This document shows positions 32,242 to 42,255 of a stretch of 64,000 nucleotides of DNA, one piece after another (position 1 is the first letter of the stretch; each line of letters starts with the position of its first letter). Source of the DNA: Acidiferrobacter sp. (lineage in GTDB: Bacteria; Pseudomonadota; Gammaproteobacteria; Acidiferrobacterales; Acidiferrobacteraceae); NCBI GenBank assembly GCA_027449165.1, contig DAIDMD010000050.1:2792-66791 (forward strand), in the 5' to 3' direction. The translations under genes and the position numbers were made by a program. The notes under the pieces are model-generated. The model was not told the origin of the DNA, did no database searches, and was given only the letters and a program-made list of their open reading frames with translations.

Positions 32242-32517
32242 ATGCGTACTCATAAGGCTGAGCTGCGGCAACGGCGGATGGATCTGGCGTTGCGCACGCA
32301 GACCCAGCGCCAAACGATAGCCGATACTGCGGCACAACTACAAACGCGGTTGCAATGGGTAGGGATCGGGCTTGTCGCGGCACGGATTCTGCGCGTGCGG
32401 CCAATGGCTATGGGCGGAGTATCACTGCTATGGCGCGCAGCCAGGAATAGGCCGCTGGCATGGGCAAGCGGGTTGATAGCCGTCTGGGGATTACTTACCA
32501 TCATACGCCGCCGATAG
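32242..32517 (+). CDS. YqjK-like protein
   Basis: Basic N-terminal helix (RRMDLALRTQTQRQ) plus hydrophobic C-terminus; third gene of the elaB-yqjE-yqjK trio. Confidence 0.7.
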   Translation: MRTHKAELRQRRMDLALRTQTQRQTIADTAAQLQTRLQWVGIGLVAARILRVRPMAMGGVSLLWRAARNRPLAWASGLIAVWGLLTIIRRR

Positions 32518-32629
32518 CGGTTTAAGGCGGAGATATATTTCTTGTCCGTGTGTTCGCGAACAGGCCAGGGTCAATAAACATTTACCGGGCAGGGGTGTTA
32601 TCGGGAGCTTTAGATAGCGCCCCTGCGCG

Positions 32630-32745
32630 TTGCACGTCGAATTGACAGAGACCTTCCCGGAACCCATGCGCTTCGTGTCCAAGGCCTTGCGCGAGGTGTA
32701 TGGTACCGACGCGTGTACCCGCCAAGCGGGCCTGATCCCCCGGGC
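32630..32745 (+). pseudogene. IS66-like transposase fragment
   Basis: VELTETFPEPMRFVSKALREVYGTDA..RQAGL resembles an internal IS66 TnpC segment. Confidence 0.5.
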
Positions 32746-32904
32746 AGCGGCTACAACGCCACCAAGCCGGAAGCCAACTGCACATAACGGCCCTCGAGCA
32801 ATGGGTGTAGGCGCAATTTGATCAGCGCACGATTGAACCGAACTCGACGCTCGGTGCCGCGATCCGTTACTCATCAGCACATATGTTAGAGACTATAGAG
32901 ACCC

Positions 32905-33225
32905 ATCATGGCACGTCTCCGGATGCTGAAAGAACGACTGCACAATCGCTGGATCAGGATGCGGATGTGGGCGCGCGTCCACAGCGCGAATGGGAGCTTC
33001 ACCTACAGGGGACTTTTCATGGTCACGGTGTCGTAGACCCAGCGGATCTTTCTGGCATCGAGGTGCTTGAGGCGGCCCATCGCCTTTTCGAGCGCATTGC
33101 GCGAAGCCGCCTGAGCGGTAGGCGGCAAGCCAGATGAAGATACGGTTCGTGTAGAGCCCCATATCAGGCGCCACCGCCGTAGGTGCCTCGTCCGCATGTA
33201 CCATTCTTCCCGCCTCGAAATGGAT
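32905..33225 (-). pseudogene. IS630-family transposase N-terminal remnant (frameshifted)
   Basis: IFIWLAAYRSGG, RWVYDTVTMKSPL*VKLPFALWTRAHIR. Confidence 0.72.
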
Positions 33226-33804
33226 ATTTTCGAGCTTGATATGCCTGATCTTACTTATCCCCTCACATTTAGCGATCATGTAATAATCATGTATAAACTA
33301 CGTAGTGTTTAATATACACAACGATATTGGCTGGCGTTCACTCTGTTACTATGGATGCCAAACGCACCACGGGGCAATAACCTCTCGCCGAAGGCGATGT
33401 ACGCCAAGCCGTCGTGGAACGTAAGTACTTGTCCTAGGTCTATTTATTACAATCTTTTAATGCCTCACTCGGTAATTTGAGCGGGGAGTCGCTAGGTCTG
33501 AACACAGTGACGCGCGTGGGGTAAGCCTGCTTTCGTCGCGATGTGCGGCGAAAGAAAGCCGAGTGCTTGCGTAAAACAGTGGGACGTGAAGATTTCGATG
33601 TGCAGGCTATCAGGGAGGCGGGCCCCTAGTCCATGGAATGGATGAGTGCGGAGTTCGCCTGCGTCGACCTGTCCGACAAACGCCTGGATCGCCGCTTGAT
33701 AAAGACCGCGCAACAACTGGCCCAACCTCCTATTTTGATTCGGGCGCGCGCCGACATCGCCGGCCGCATGGCTAGTTGCAAGCTGGTGCCAGAAGACAGC
33801 AAGG

Positions 33805-34212
33805 GCTACGCTATCCCGCCGGTCGGTCTTCACCCGATCCCCGGGCTTTACGGGAATGAGCGAGGGGGCGACGACCACGCAGTTGTGACCCAGGTAGGTC
33901 AGCTGCCGGCGGATGCCATAGCCGCAGGGACCTGCCTCGTAGCAGGACGACAGCACTGCACCTGCCGGGCTCAACTTCTTCACGAGCCTTGCCACCGCCT
34001 CCGGGGTGTTGGCGATCTCCCCGTGAGCGGGGCTTGCGCTGACCGGCCACGGCCACCGCGATCGTGTCTTTGTGTGTATCCCGCCACGGGCTTCCTAAAC
34101 TTCGTCATGACCTGCCCCCACTCATTTGTGGCTCCGAGTTGATGTGGGTTTGCTCGACCTCAAGCTTAATCCACGTCGTTTGAGGCCGGGCAGGTCCATA
34201 CCTAATGTCTAG
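33805..34212 (-). mobile_element. Truncated IS110-family element: left non-coding end plus N-terminal DEDD recombinase fragment
   Basis: [41 protein letters not shown]; ATG at 34108. Confidence 0.85.
34109..34212 (-). ncRNA. Putative IS110 left-end structured RNA (bridge/seek RNA-like)
   Basis: Closing stem GACCTGCCC/GGGCAGGTC and inner stems CCTCAAG/TTTGAGG and CGAG/CTCG directly upstream of the IS110 ATG. Confidence 0.5.
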
Positions 34213-34859
34213 TATGCTCGAAGCGCTGTGGAGCATTCCTGTGCGCGGATCTGTGACGGTGCCTATTCCTGGCAACGGCAAACGCCAAGCCCGCACGGTA
34301 GCGGTCGAGCTGCGTGGCCCAGGTGACGATCAGGTCCCCGCTGCGGCGTGGAAAGGCTCAGGCCTGGGGCGGGACGGGACCTGTGGCCGTGACCCTCATG
34401 GGCGCAACCGAGTCCTCGCCACCGGCCGGGATCGAGGCGATCAGTTGGGTGTTGTTGATAAACCTCCCCGTCCCGGAGTTCGAGAGCGCGGCCGAGAGGG
34501 TGCACTGGAACGGCAAGCGCTGGGGCATCGAGACCTGGCACAAAGTGCTTAAATCCGGCTGTAAGGTCGAGGACTGCCTGCTCAAAGAGGCCTGCGCCTG
34601 AAACGCTATCTGACGCTTTTTAGCATCATCGGGGTGCGCCTGGTGCACGTGGCGGCCTTAACGCGCGCACAGCCCGGGACCCCCGCCACCGAGGTGTTCT
34701 CGACAGAGGAGATCGAAGCGTTGCATGTGCGCGGCAAAACGGTTCGCGCGGTGGGCAGGCTTGGCATGCGCTTGGCTGATCGCAACGCCCCCTGTGCGTG
34801 ATCGCCGGCATTCGATATGATCGGGTCCGGTTCTTCACGGCAGAACGAGGCAGGTAGAC

Positions 34860-35702
34860 ATGAACGATCAGGATTCTGCGGGCGGGCTTGCCGGGCGTTT
34901 CATTGCGTTGCCCGAGACACGCCAACTCGATGTGTTGGCCGGGCTCCTTGAGCGGCGCGGGGCAAAGGTCCTGCGCTGTCCCCTGGTGGCAATACTCGAT
35001 GCACCGGATCAAGGGCGGGTGACAGCGTGGCTGCATCGGTTCATCGAAGATGAGGCCCTGCACGACCTGATTGTGCTGACTGGCGAGGGCATGCGCCGCC
35101 TGATCGCGGCAAGCGACCGGGCGGGCCTGCGCGAGGCGTTCGCGCGGCGGCTTGGGCAGGTGCGCAAAATCACGCGCGGACCCAAGCCCGGGGGTGCCCT
35201 GCGCGATTTGGGGCTGGCAAGCGACGTAGTGGTTCAGTTGGCGACCACGGCGGGCGTGATCGCGGCGCTGGAGGGTTTGCAGTTTGATACCGGATACATC
35301 GCCCTGCAGCTCTACGGCGAGGAACCGAACTTGCCCCTGCAGAACTATTTGCGCGGTCGGGGATTGGAGCCTGTGGCGGTCTCGCCGTACATATACGCTG
35401 ACAGCAGCGACGAGCGGCGCGTTCTGGATCTGATCGACCGCCTGGCTCAGGGTGAGATGGATGCGATTGCCTTCACGAGCCGGACTCAGATCCAACGGCT
35501 CTTTGGTGTGGCGCGTGCGCATGCGCGCGAAGCCGGGCTGCGAGAGGGTCTGGCAGGGAGCATCGTGGCTGCGGTGGGCCCAGTGGTCGCCAACTATCTT
35601 GCGGAAATGGGGGTGCGCGTCGATGTGATGCCCGACGAGCGGTTTTTCATGCGGCCGCTTGCCGACGCGCTGGCGGCGCGGATGCCGGCGCAAAAGGCTT
35701 AA
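34860..35702 (+). CDS. Uroporphyrinogen-III synthase (HemD) family protein
   Basis: IALPETR, IVLTGEG, RGPKP..AL, DAIAFTS..Q, AAVGPV. Confidence 0.85.
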   Translation: MNDQDSAGGLAGRFIALPETRQLDVLAGLLERRGAKVLRCPLVAILDAPDQGRVTAWLHRFIEDEALHDLIVLTGEGMRRLIAASDRAGLREAFARRLGQVRKITRGPKPGGALRDLGLASDVVVQLATTAGVIAALEGLQFDTGYIALQLYGEEPNLPLQNYLRGRGLEPVAVSPYIYADSSDERRVLDLIDRLAQGEMDAIAFTSRTQIQRLFGVARAHAREAGLREGLAGSIVAAVGPVVANYLAEMGVRVDVMPDERFFMRPLADALAARMPAQKA

Positions 35703-36721
35703 GTGCGCGCCCGGGCGGCCCGCAAGCGCGTTCCCGGCGCCGACGATCCCGAGGGCGGGAGAAGCCCAAGACCAACGAAGTGCCGGTTCACGGCGAAATC
35801 GCCCAGGATCGCGACACAAGCGCAGCGGCGGCGACCATATCGCTTTGTTCCCCGCGCACGGTATTGGTTGGTCCGGCGGGCCTTTGGCGTTGTCCTGATG
35901 GGGGGCGTGATCGCGATCGAATAGAGCATATCATGGCATATCACCGGATAACGCCGAGATAATGTGGATCACCCATGGGCTCAGAAAAGAGCGACCATGT
36001 TCGGCAAGCCGATCATCCCCATGTGAATGGCGCATGCGGATCCGGCAAGATCCCGGCGTGTGCCGATGGTGAATGCGAGTCGCTTTTCCATGCGTCGCTG
36101 TGCACAGGCGATGGCCGATCCGGACATCTGCAGTTTGCCGACGGGGGAGGGATATTTCGGTTTCCGGGAACGACTTCCCGCGGGTCTGAAATCGCGGGGG
36201 TTGGGCCATTCCACGGCAGGCAATCTATCCAATTGCGTGTCGTTTGGAGCGCTACATATTCGCAGATTGCCCTATAGGGAATTCGAATTGCCTTGGGCGA
36301 GAGGCGGATACGGAATTTGGTACGGGCGGCGATGGGGTCTTGCGAACACAGAACGCCGGTTCTAATATCAATGTATGGTAAAGCACGAGGGGGTCACCGT
36401 TCGGCGCCAATGCCCCCATCGCGAGCGGATGCGCTACTGGACATTGCATCGCCCTAGCGGGGCGCATGGAATGCGCGGGTCTTGGCTCCGGTCGGGACGT
36501 GGGCACGGTCGCAATATTATCGCGAGGGCGCGGCTGATTAGGAATGTGATAGCCGCTGCGCGGTAGGGCCTCGTTTCCTACGGTTGGCGATTCGCGCTTG
36601 GCACTTGCTGGCTCATGCGTTGGTAGCGTTGATTCCGATGCATTACTGCTGCATTCAAGAGGGGGTGGGCGCTCGGTTTTTTAGCAAGCCGCGGGGCGCC
36701 TCATTTTTTTGACGTTATATA

Positions 36722-36737
36722 GAACGAACGTTCGTTC
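36722..36737. promoter_or_regulatory. Perfect 16-bp palindrome, putative TetR operator upstream of dsrE2-tusA
   Basis: GAACGAACGTTCGTTC between TTGACG (36709) and the RBS. Confidence 0.75.
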
Positions 36738-36751
36738 AAAAGGGAGACATC

Positions 36752-37168
36752 ATGAAATCGCTGGCAATTGTGGTGCGCGATGATGGCTACGATAAGATCC
36801 TGACCCCGCTTGCGTTTGCTTATCTGCAGGCTGCGGAAGGCACCCAGGTGGACATGCTATTTGTGAACTGGGCGGTAAAGGCGCTTACCGAGGAAGGCGC
36901 TCGTGGGCTCAGGATCGACGGGCAGCACGCCGGGCAAGACGCATGGATTCGGAGGCAAGTAGCGAAGGCCGGGCTGCCGCCGGATATATACGATATTATT
37001 AAGGCCTTAAAGACTACCGGTCATGTGCATTTGTATGCCTGTAGTCTGGCATCGGCAATCTTCGGCGTCGATGAGGACAGCCTTATTCTCGAGGCCGAAG
37101 GCATCGTCGGCGCCTCGTGGTTTTTGAATGAGAAGGCCGCGAACGCCGAGCACAGCCAATACTTTTGA
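36752..37168 (+). CDS. Cytoplasmic DsrE2-like sulfurtransferase
   Basis: DMLFVNWAVKAL, LYACSLAS, GIVGASWFL; adjacent to tusA. Confidence 0.85.
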   Translation: MKSLAIVVRDDGYDKILTPLAFAYLQAAEGTQVDMLFVNWAVKALTEEGARGLRIDGQHAGQDAWIRRQVAKAGLPPDIYDIIKALKTTGHVHLYACSLASAIFGVDEDSLILEAEGIVGASWFLNEKAANAEHSQYF

Positions 37169-37180
37169 AAAGGGATTCAT

Positions 37181-37430
37181 TATGGCGCCCATGAAGTCGA
37201 ATAAGACGCTGGATACATCAGGAAAGTGTTGTCCAATGCCCATGGTCGAGACCAATCAAGCGATAAAGGGGATGAAGGGCGGCGAGGTTCTGGAGATAAT
37301 CGCCACCGACCCGGCTACAAAAATGGACATCCCGTCCTGGTGTCGACGTACCGGTAACACTTTGATAGAGCACGAGGAGGATGATAAGACCCTGCGGTAC
37401 TATGTCCGCAAGGTGGACCGGGCCCCCTAA
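37181..37430 (+). CDS. tusA: TusA sulfur carrier (start approximate)
   Basis: LDTSGKCCPMP, GEVLEIIATDP, DIPSWC. Confidence 0.9.
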
Positions 37431-37961
37431 ACCCTGGTGAGGCGGCCTACAAGAAGATCCCGTCCAGTGGGCCACAGCAAAGGCAGGGAGCTATCCATCG
37501 GCAGCGGCGCATGGCATAGCGAAGAGTCGTTGCGAGGGTGGCGCTGTCAGGCCTGGGGTGGGGTGCCTCCCCAGCTCGACGGGATCGGGTCACGACCCGG
37601 GTGTTCGTCAAGGATGGGAAGATCGGTGCCCGAATCAGAGGGGCCCGTGACGTTGATCGCCACCGCCAAGGGCCGGAGTCGCATGGGTGGCCCACGAAAT
37701 GCTCCGGCTCTGCCGGGGATTTGTTGTATGAGTCGTTATCGTACGGCGTTGCCAACGCAGGCTCGCCGTAGGATATCATTGCTCCTGTGTTCGGTAAGTT
37801 GCTTGCTGGGGGAATTGGCGGCGTCGCTTAGGGTTGTTGTGCGCAGGCCGCGGGCGCTCCACGATATAGGACGGGTTTTGTCGCGTTAAGGGATACCGTC
37901 AAGCCGCAGAGCGCCGCCAACCACTCTTGGAGTCGGTAGACCGCGCATTTAGGAGGGTTCT

Positions 37962-38636
37962 ATGCGCCAGAACACCGTAAAGAAGGCCGCGAGGCGCGGA
38001 AAGGCAGTGGTGGCCAGCGGCGCCAGTAACGTCCCCGCAGATCTATCCATATGGTCCGGATACTCACACGGCCGTGATGCGTGCGCGCGATCGATAATGA
38101 CAGTGGCGCTCCATCTGTTTGTTTCCAGGGGATACTTCAACACCACGATGCGCGATATCGGAGGTGAGGCTAATCTCAGCGCCGGTGCAATTTACTACCA
38201 TTTTAAAAGCAAGGAAGATATAGCGAGATCATTGTTCGATGATCTGGTCGCCAGCATGGGCCGACACTTCAACGATATCGAGGCACGGTACAACACCGCA
38301 CATGATAGGTGTCGTGCCGTCGTCGAACTACTATTCCAAATAGCCGAGGAGGAGCCGGAAGCCATGGAGTATATGCTCTATACTAAGCACCTGGAGTTTC
38401 TGGATGCCGGGATACCGGTATGCTCTTCAAAGCCATTTCGCCAGATGCGCGCCATGGTGCAAAAAGGCATGAAGAATGGCGAGGTGAGGCTCATGGATCC
38501 AACGGTCGCAGCCGCGGCGGTTTATGGGGGGCCGCTGAGAATGATTAGCATGCGCTTGGATGGGATCGTGGGAGTCAAATTGCCGACCTTGCTGGATGAG
38601 GTATGGGAATCGGCCTGGCGGTCGGTATCCGTGTAG
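37962..38636 (+). CDS. TetR/AcrR-family regulator
   Basis: ALHLFVSRGYFNTTMRDIG...AGAIYYHFKSKEDI HTH; SD AGGAGG; PVCSSKPF in ligand domain. Confidence 0.92.
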   Translation: MRQNTVKKAARRGKAVVASGASNVPADLSIWSGYSHGRDACARSIMTVALHLFVSRGYFNTTMRDIGGEANLSAGAIYYHFKSKEDIARSLFDDLVASMGRHFNDIEARYNTAHDRCRAVVELLFQIAEEEPEAMEYMLYTKHLEFLDAGIPVCSSKPFRQMRAMVQKGMKNGEVRLMDPTVAAAAVYGGPLRMISMRLDGIVGVKLPTLLDEVWESAWRSVSV

Positions 38637-39413
38637 CGAGGCCGAAGAGACGCGATTTTTGGGGATATCGTGAGACGGGTATCAATATCTCCGCTATCAA
38701 TCGAAGCGCATGGCCGGGATCCCCACATACAGCGAGCGGAGTCCGAATCACGCGCAGGGACATGTCCAGGGGCGCTTTGCGTTGGCACCGACCTGAATGC
38801 GCTGCTCGTGAAGCGCCTTCGGGGATCCGGTATTGCGCGGGGGCGCGGCCAGCAGGCTTCACATAAACGCGGGGCGGGGTCTGAGCCGGCTGTCGCATCC
38901 CTCTCAGGAACCGGTTCGCGCACGGGCCATGCATCGGCCGTCGTGTCGGCGTTGTCGTGAAGGGCCCCTTGGTGTCGGGTTGCGCCGGGCTTGCGCGGCG
39001 GGTTCGCGATCCACATGCCGTGCGCGCCGAGAACAATACGGATCGAGCCTCACGGCACCCCCCGACGGTCGTAAGGGGAGGGGCCATGAATCCGGATCCC
39101 TTCCATTACGGGATTATTAGGCCATACGCCGGTATGGGCATCGGCTTCCCAAATAGCGGACCCCGCCCGAGTCGCCCCTTCCATAAAAAACGCCCCCGCC
39201 CACGGGCCTTCCATGCCTCTGGCGGGCGGACCGCGTAGCCAAGCGCCCTAGCGGCCCCGCGACCGTGACGACGGACGGCTCCTTGCGGTCGCCGACGCCC
39301 CTGGCGCTGCAGATGCGCGCAAACGATAAGGCCGGGTCCGCCCGAATGATGAACCCCGGATCCGCCATGCGCTGCCGCAGCTGCGCCGCTGGCCCGCGAG
39401 GGTCGAGTATGCG

Positions 39414-40265
39414 TTAGTCGTATCCGAAATATAACGTGTTGTTAAGGAGGTCACTGAGCCCCTTATAGTCCGCACGATTGGCGGCAACGAACGGCTTGGA
39501 GACGAATATCGCGCGCAGCGTGCGTGTTACGGCGCGGCCCGCCGGCGACAGCAGGGCTTGGCGCATCCGTGCCTGGACGGCCTGCGGGATGTGCGGACTG
39601 GCGGAGATTGCTTGGTTCGGATAGGGCCGGAACCGATACATGATGTGGGCCGTATGGACGCCATGCTCCAGCTTCCGCAGATTGGGGACCGGCAACACCG
39701 CAGCCGCACACTGATGCGCCATGAGGTCCCTATAGGCAACGAGCCAGCCGTGGATGATGACCAGGGCGGGCTGTTCGACCGGATTGGGAAATTTGTGCAG
39801 GAGGATCAGCGTCCCGAGATAGGGAGGGGAGTTGGCGCAAACGGGGCGACCTATCAGCTGATGTATCCTCTCGAAATGCTCTCCGGCGCGCTCGACCAGC
39901 GCGAAGATCAAGGGTGCGGGAAACCGCACCAACGGTATGTAGCCCAAATGATGATCCCGCCATCCTGTGAAATGGGGACCGTCGAAGACCAGATCGTACT
40001 TTCCGAGCGTCATTTCCCGACTGTAGTTAAGCCAGGAGCCGGGATACTGGTACCTGACCGGGTGCCCGCTCACCGATGCCAGAAAGCGTGCTATGGGCGC
40101 GAAGACCGCCGTTTGCGCCTGCTTGCTCCCACGAGGTGGCGCACTAAGAACCCACGCATGGACCTCCGCAGGGGCATCGGTTCTGCTCGCGAACGCAGAG
40201 GTTGCGCCAGCCAGGGCGACGCCCGGCAGGGCCAAAACCAACACCATAATTCCCAACCACCGCAT
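39414..40265 (-). CDS. Exported PhnD/SsuA-like substrate-binding protein (orphan)
   Basis: Signal peptide MRWLGIMVLVLALPGVALA, SAPPR, YDLVFDGPHF, YPNQAI. Confidence 0.78.
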   Translation of the reverse strand: MRWLGIMVLVLALPGVALAGATSAFASRTDAPAEVHAWVLSAPPRGSKQAQTAVFAPIARFLASVSGHPVRYQYPGSWLNYSREMTLGKYDLVFDGPHFTGWRDHHLGYIPLVRFPAPLIFALVERAGEHFERIHQLIGRPVCANSPPYLGTLILLHKFPNPVEQPALVIIHGWLVAYRDLMAHQCAAAVLPVPNLRKLEHGVHTAHIMYRFRPYPNQAISASPHIPQAVQARMRQALLSPAGRAVTRTLRAIFVSKPFVAANRADYKGLSDLLNNTLYFGYD

Positions 40266-40724
40266 TGTAGATCCTCCCTGTCCTTTACCACGGTCGCCCT
40301 GCCAATGGGGTGGCCGGGCGTTCCTCGCCGGAAACGTCACGACTTCAATGTGCGCCCGGCAATAACTGTATAGGGCATCCATCGGCATAAGGCATGGCCG
40401 AATTCGACGGGCGTGTGAAATTCATGGACGATCGGTAGCGGGCCCGGACAATTAAATAAGAGTTCCAATGTGGTACGTATATAAGTAATGCATTCTGGAC
40501 ATTTGTATGGGTTCCGCATAATTCGGCGGTTGGATAAATAGCCATTACTGGGAAGGCCGTCAGACATAAGTGGGGCCATGGTGGTGGTTCTATGAGGAAA
40601 GCGTCTACGTTCGTGCGCAATTTAAGACGTACAGAATAGGAACGACCAAAATGCTTGCGAAAACAATGCAATGGAAGGCATTGTTCTAGAATACCGCGAT
40701 CCCAGAAAAGAGCCGGAATGGATC

Positions 40725-40774
40725 TTGACAGTCGGTAGAAGTTTGATATAGTCAAAAAACCGAACGCTCGTTCG
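40725..40774 (+). promoter_or_regulatory. sigma70 promoter plus palindromic operator upstream of the exported-DsrE/sox cluster
   Basis: TTGACA-16-TATAGT with extended TG, then CGAACGCTCGTTCG (40761-74). Confidence 0.75.
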
Positions 40775-40875
40775 ATATTGGGGTATTGGATTCTATATAA
40801 TCAATGATTAGTCAGCGGTGTTGCTAAGAAATCGCAAAATAGGCCTTTTCTAGGGAAAAGAGGGGGGGGGATGCG

Positions 40876-41445
40876 ATGTATAAGAACATTAGAATACTGC
40901 TGGCCGTTCTGAGTGCGGCATTGTTGTGGGGATGCGGCAAGGGTTCGGCAAGCCCCTCTTCCCAGAGGATCCTGGAGTTTCCGAATATTCCCAATATTCC
41001 ACAGAATCCGCATTTGTCGTTCGGTGGCTATTTCAAGCATCACCAGCCCGTTAAGATCCTGTTTGCCATAGGACAGCCCGGCGGGCAGGTCACCGAATCC
41101 CTGGTTAACGGGGCGCTGGTCCTACGGTATCTGGCGGCTCGTGGATATCGATACAAGATCCATTACGTGTTTTACAGCAAGGGCGTGCTGGTGGCAGACG
41201 AATTCAATCAGCGTTATAGCGCGGGTTGGGGCCCCTTGCTGAACGCCCTCCACAAGCAGGGGGTAACGTTTTCGGTGTGCCATAACGCCATGGCACTCCT
41301 TCACGTAAAGTCCAACGAGCTATATCCGTACATTCGGCCGATTCCGGCGGGAATATTGGAGATCGTGAAGTATGAAGAGCGGGGGTATGCGCCGATATTT
41401 AACCCGAATTCGGTAACCGGGCAAAACTTTTTGCACGTGAAGTAG
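40876..41445 (+). CDS. DsrE-family lipoprotein
   Basis: Lipobox LLWGC; FSVCHNAM; PAGILEIVKYEERGY. Confidence 0.75.
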   Translation: MYKNIRILLAVLSAALLWGCGKGSASPSSQRILEFPNIPNIPQNPHLSFGGYFKHHQPVKILFAIGQPGGQVTESLVNGALVLRYLAARGYRYKIHYVFYSKGVLVADEFNQRYSAGWGPLLNALHKQGVTFSVCHNAMALLHVKSNELYPYIRPIPAGILEIVKYEERGYAPIFNPNSVTGQNFLHVK

Positions 41446-41637
41446 AGGAGCATCTCGTTGAAGCGCCTCCAGGGGAGCAGGTAAGCCCCAAGAAATGGCG
41501 CGAGGCATCTGGGGAGTACCGCGTCCGGAGCGGAACGGCTCGGCGTCGCGGAGCGGGAAGCCGGATCGCTTCTACCCCGGTGAGGGGCCGCGTTATGCCG
41601 TTCCGGAGCACTTCAGGAATATAGAGGGGAGGGTATC

Positions 41638-42174
41638 ATGGGATTTCTAAAGGGACCAAAAAGAGGCCTGGCGGGAGTCTCGGCTATTCCGAGCGGGGCT
41701 CTCGCAGTCATTCTGCTGATAGTCTTTGCGCTGCAGCCGCTGCCAGCGATTGCCGGCACTCAGATGCCGCTGACGCGGAGTCGGGATGGGCACTCGTTGG
41801 CTTATTATAAGCATCGGACCTTCAAGGCAGTGTTTGAGGTGCCCGGTAACCCAAAGATGTGGCCGGCCGTGATCCTTGTGTTGACACACAATATTGCGAG
41901 TCTAATCGGGCACGGTATTCGGACGAAAATCATCCTCGTCGCCCCTGGCCCGACGATACACTTCTTTATGCCGAAGTACGATGCGGCCAATTATAAAAAG
42001 CTGGCGGTGTTACGGCGCTACGGGGTTCGAATGCTCGCGTGTCACGCCGCCCTTGTGGCGTTCAACGTCAGCAAAAAGCAGCTGTTCCCATTTGTAGGGG
42101 TCGCCTACCCGAACGGCGTCACCTACTTGCTCAAAAAACAGGCGCAGGGGTACCCCTACTACGTGTGGCCGTAG
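41638..42174 (+). CDS. Exported DsrE-family protein
   Basis: Signal/anchor helix; LVAPGPTI, MLACHAAL, PNGVTYLLKKQAQGY. Confidence 0.75.
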   Translation: MGFLKGPKRGLAGVSAIPSGALAVILLIVFALQPLPAIAGTQMPLTRSRDGHSLAYYKHRTFKAVFEVPGNPKMWPAVILVLTHNIASLIGHGIRTKIILVAPGPTIHFFMPKYDAANYKKLAVLRRYGVRMLACHAALVAFNVSKKQLFPFVGVAYPNGVTYLLKKQAQGYPYYVWP

Positions 42175-42255
42175 GGACCAGAAAGGCACCACCAGAGACA
42201 TGGAACAGGGGAAGGGGCCGATGTAGGGGGCTCCGTATACTGCCGGGGGGTCGTT

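Larger units (their letters stand above)
33492..34790 (+). mobile_element. Degraded IS4-family (IS50/Tn5-like) element interrupted by an IS110 fragment
   Basis: End-like ctaggtctgaacaca; N-terminus [20 protein letters not shown]; C-part WVLLINLPV...RWGIETWHKVLKSGCKVE. Confidence 0.78.
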
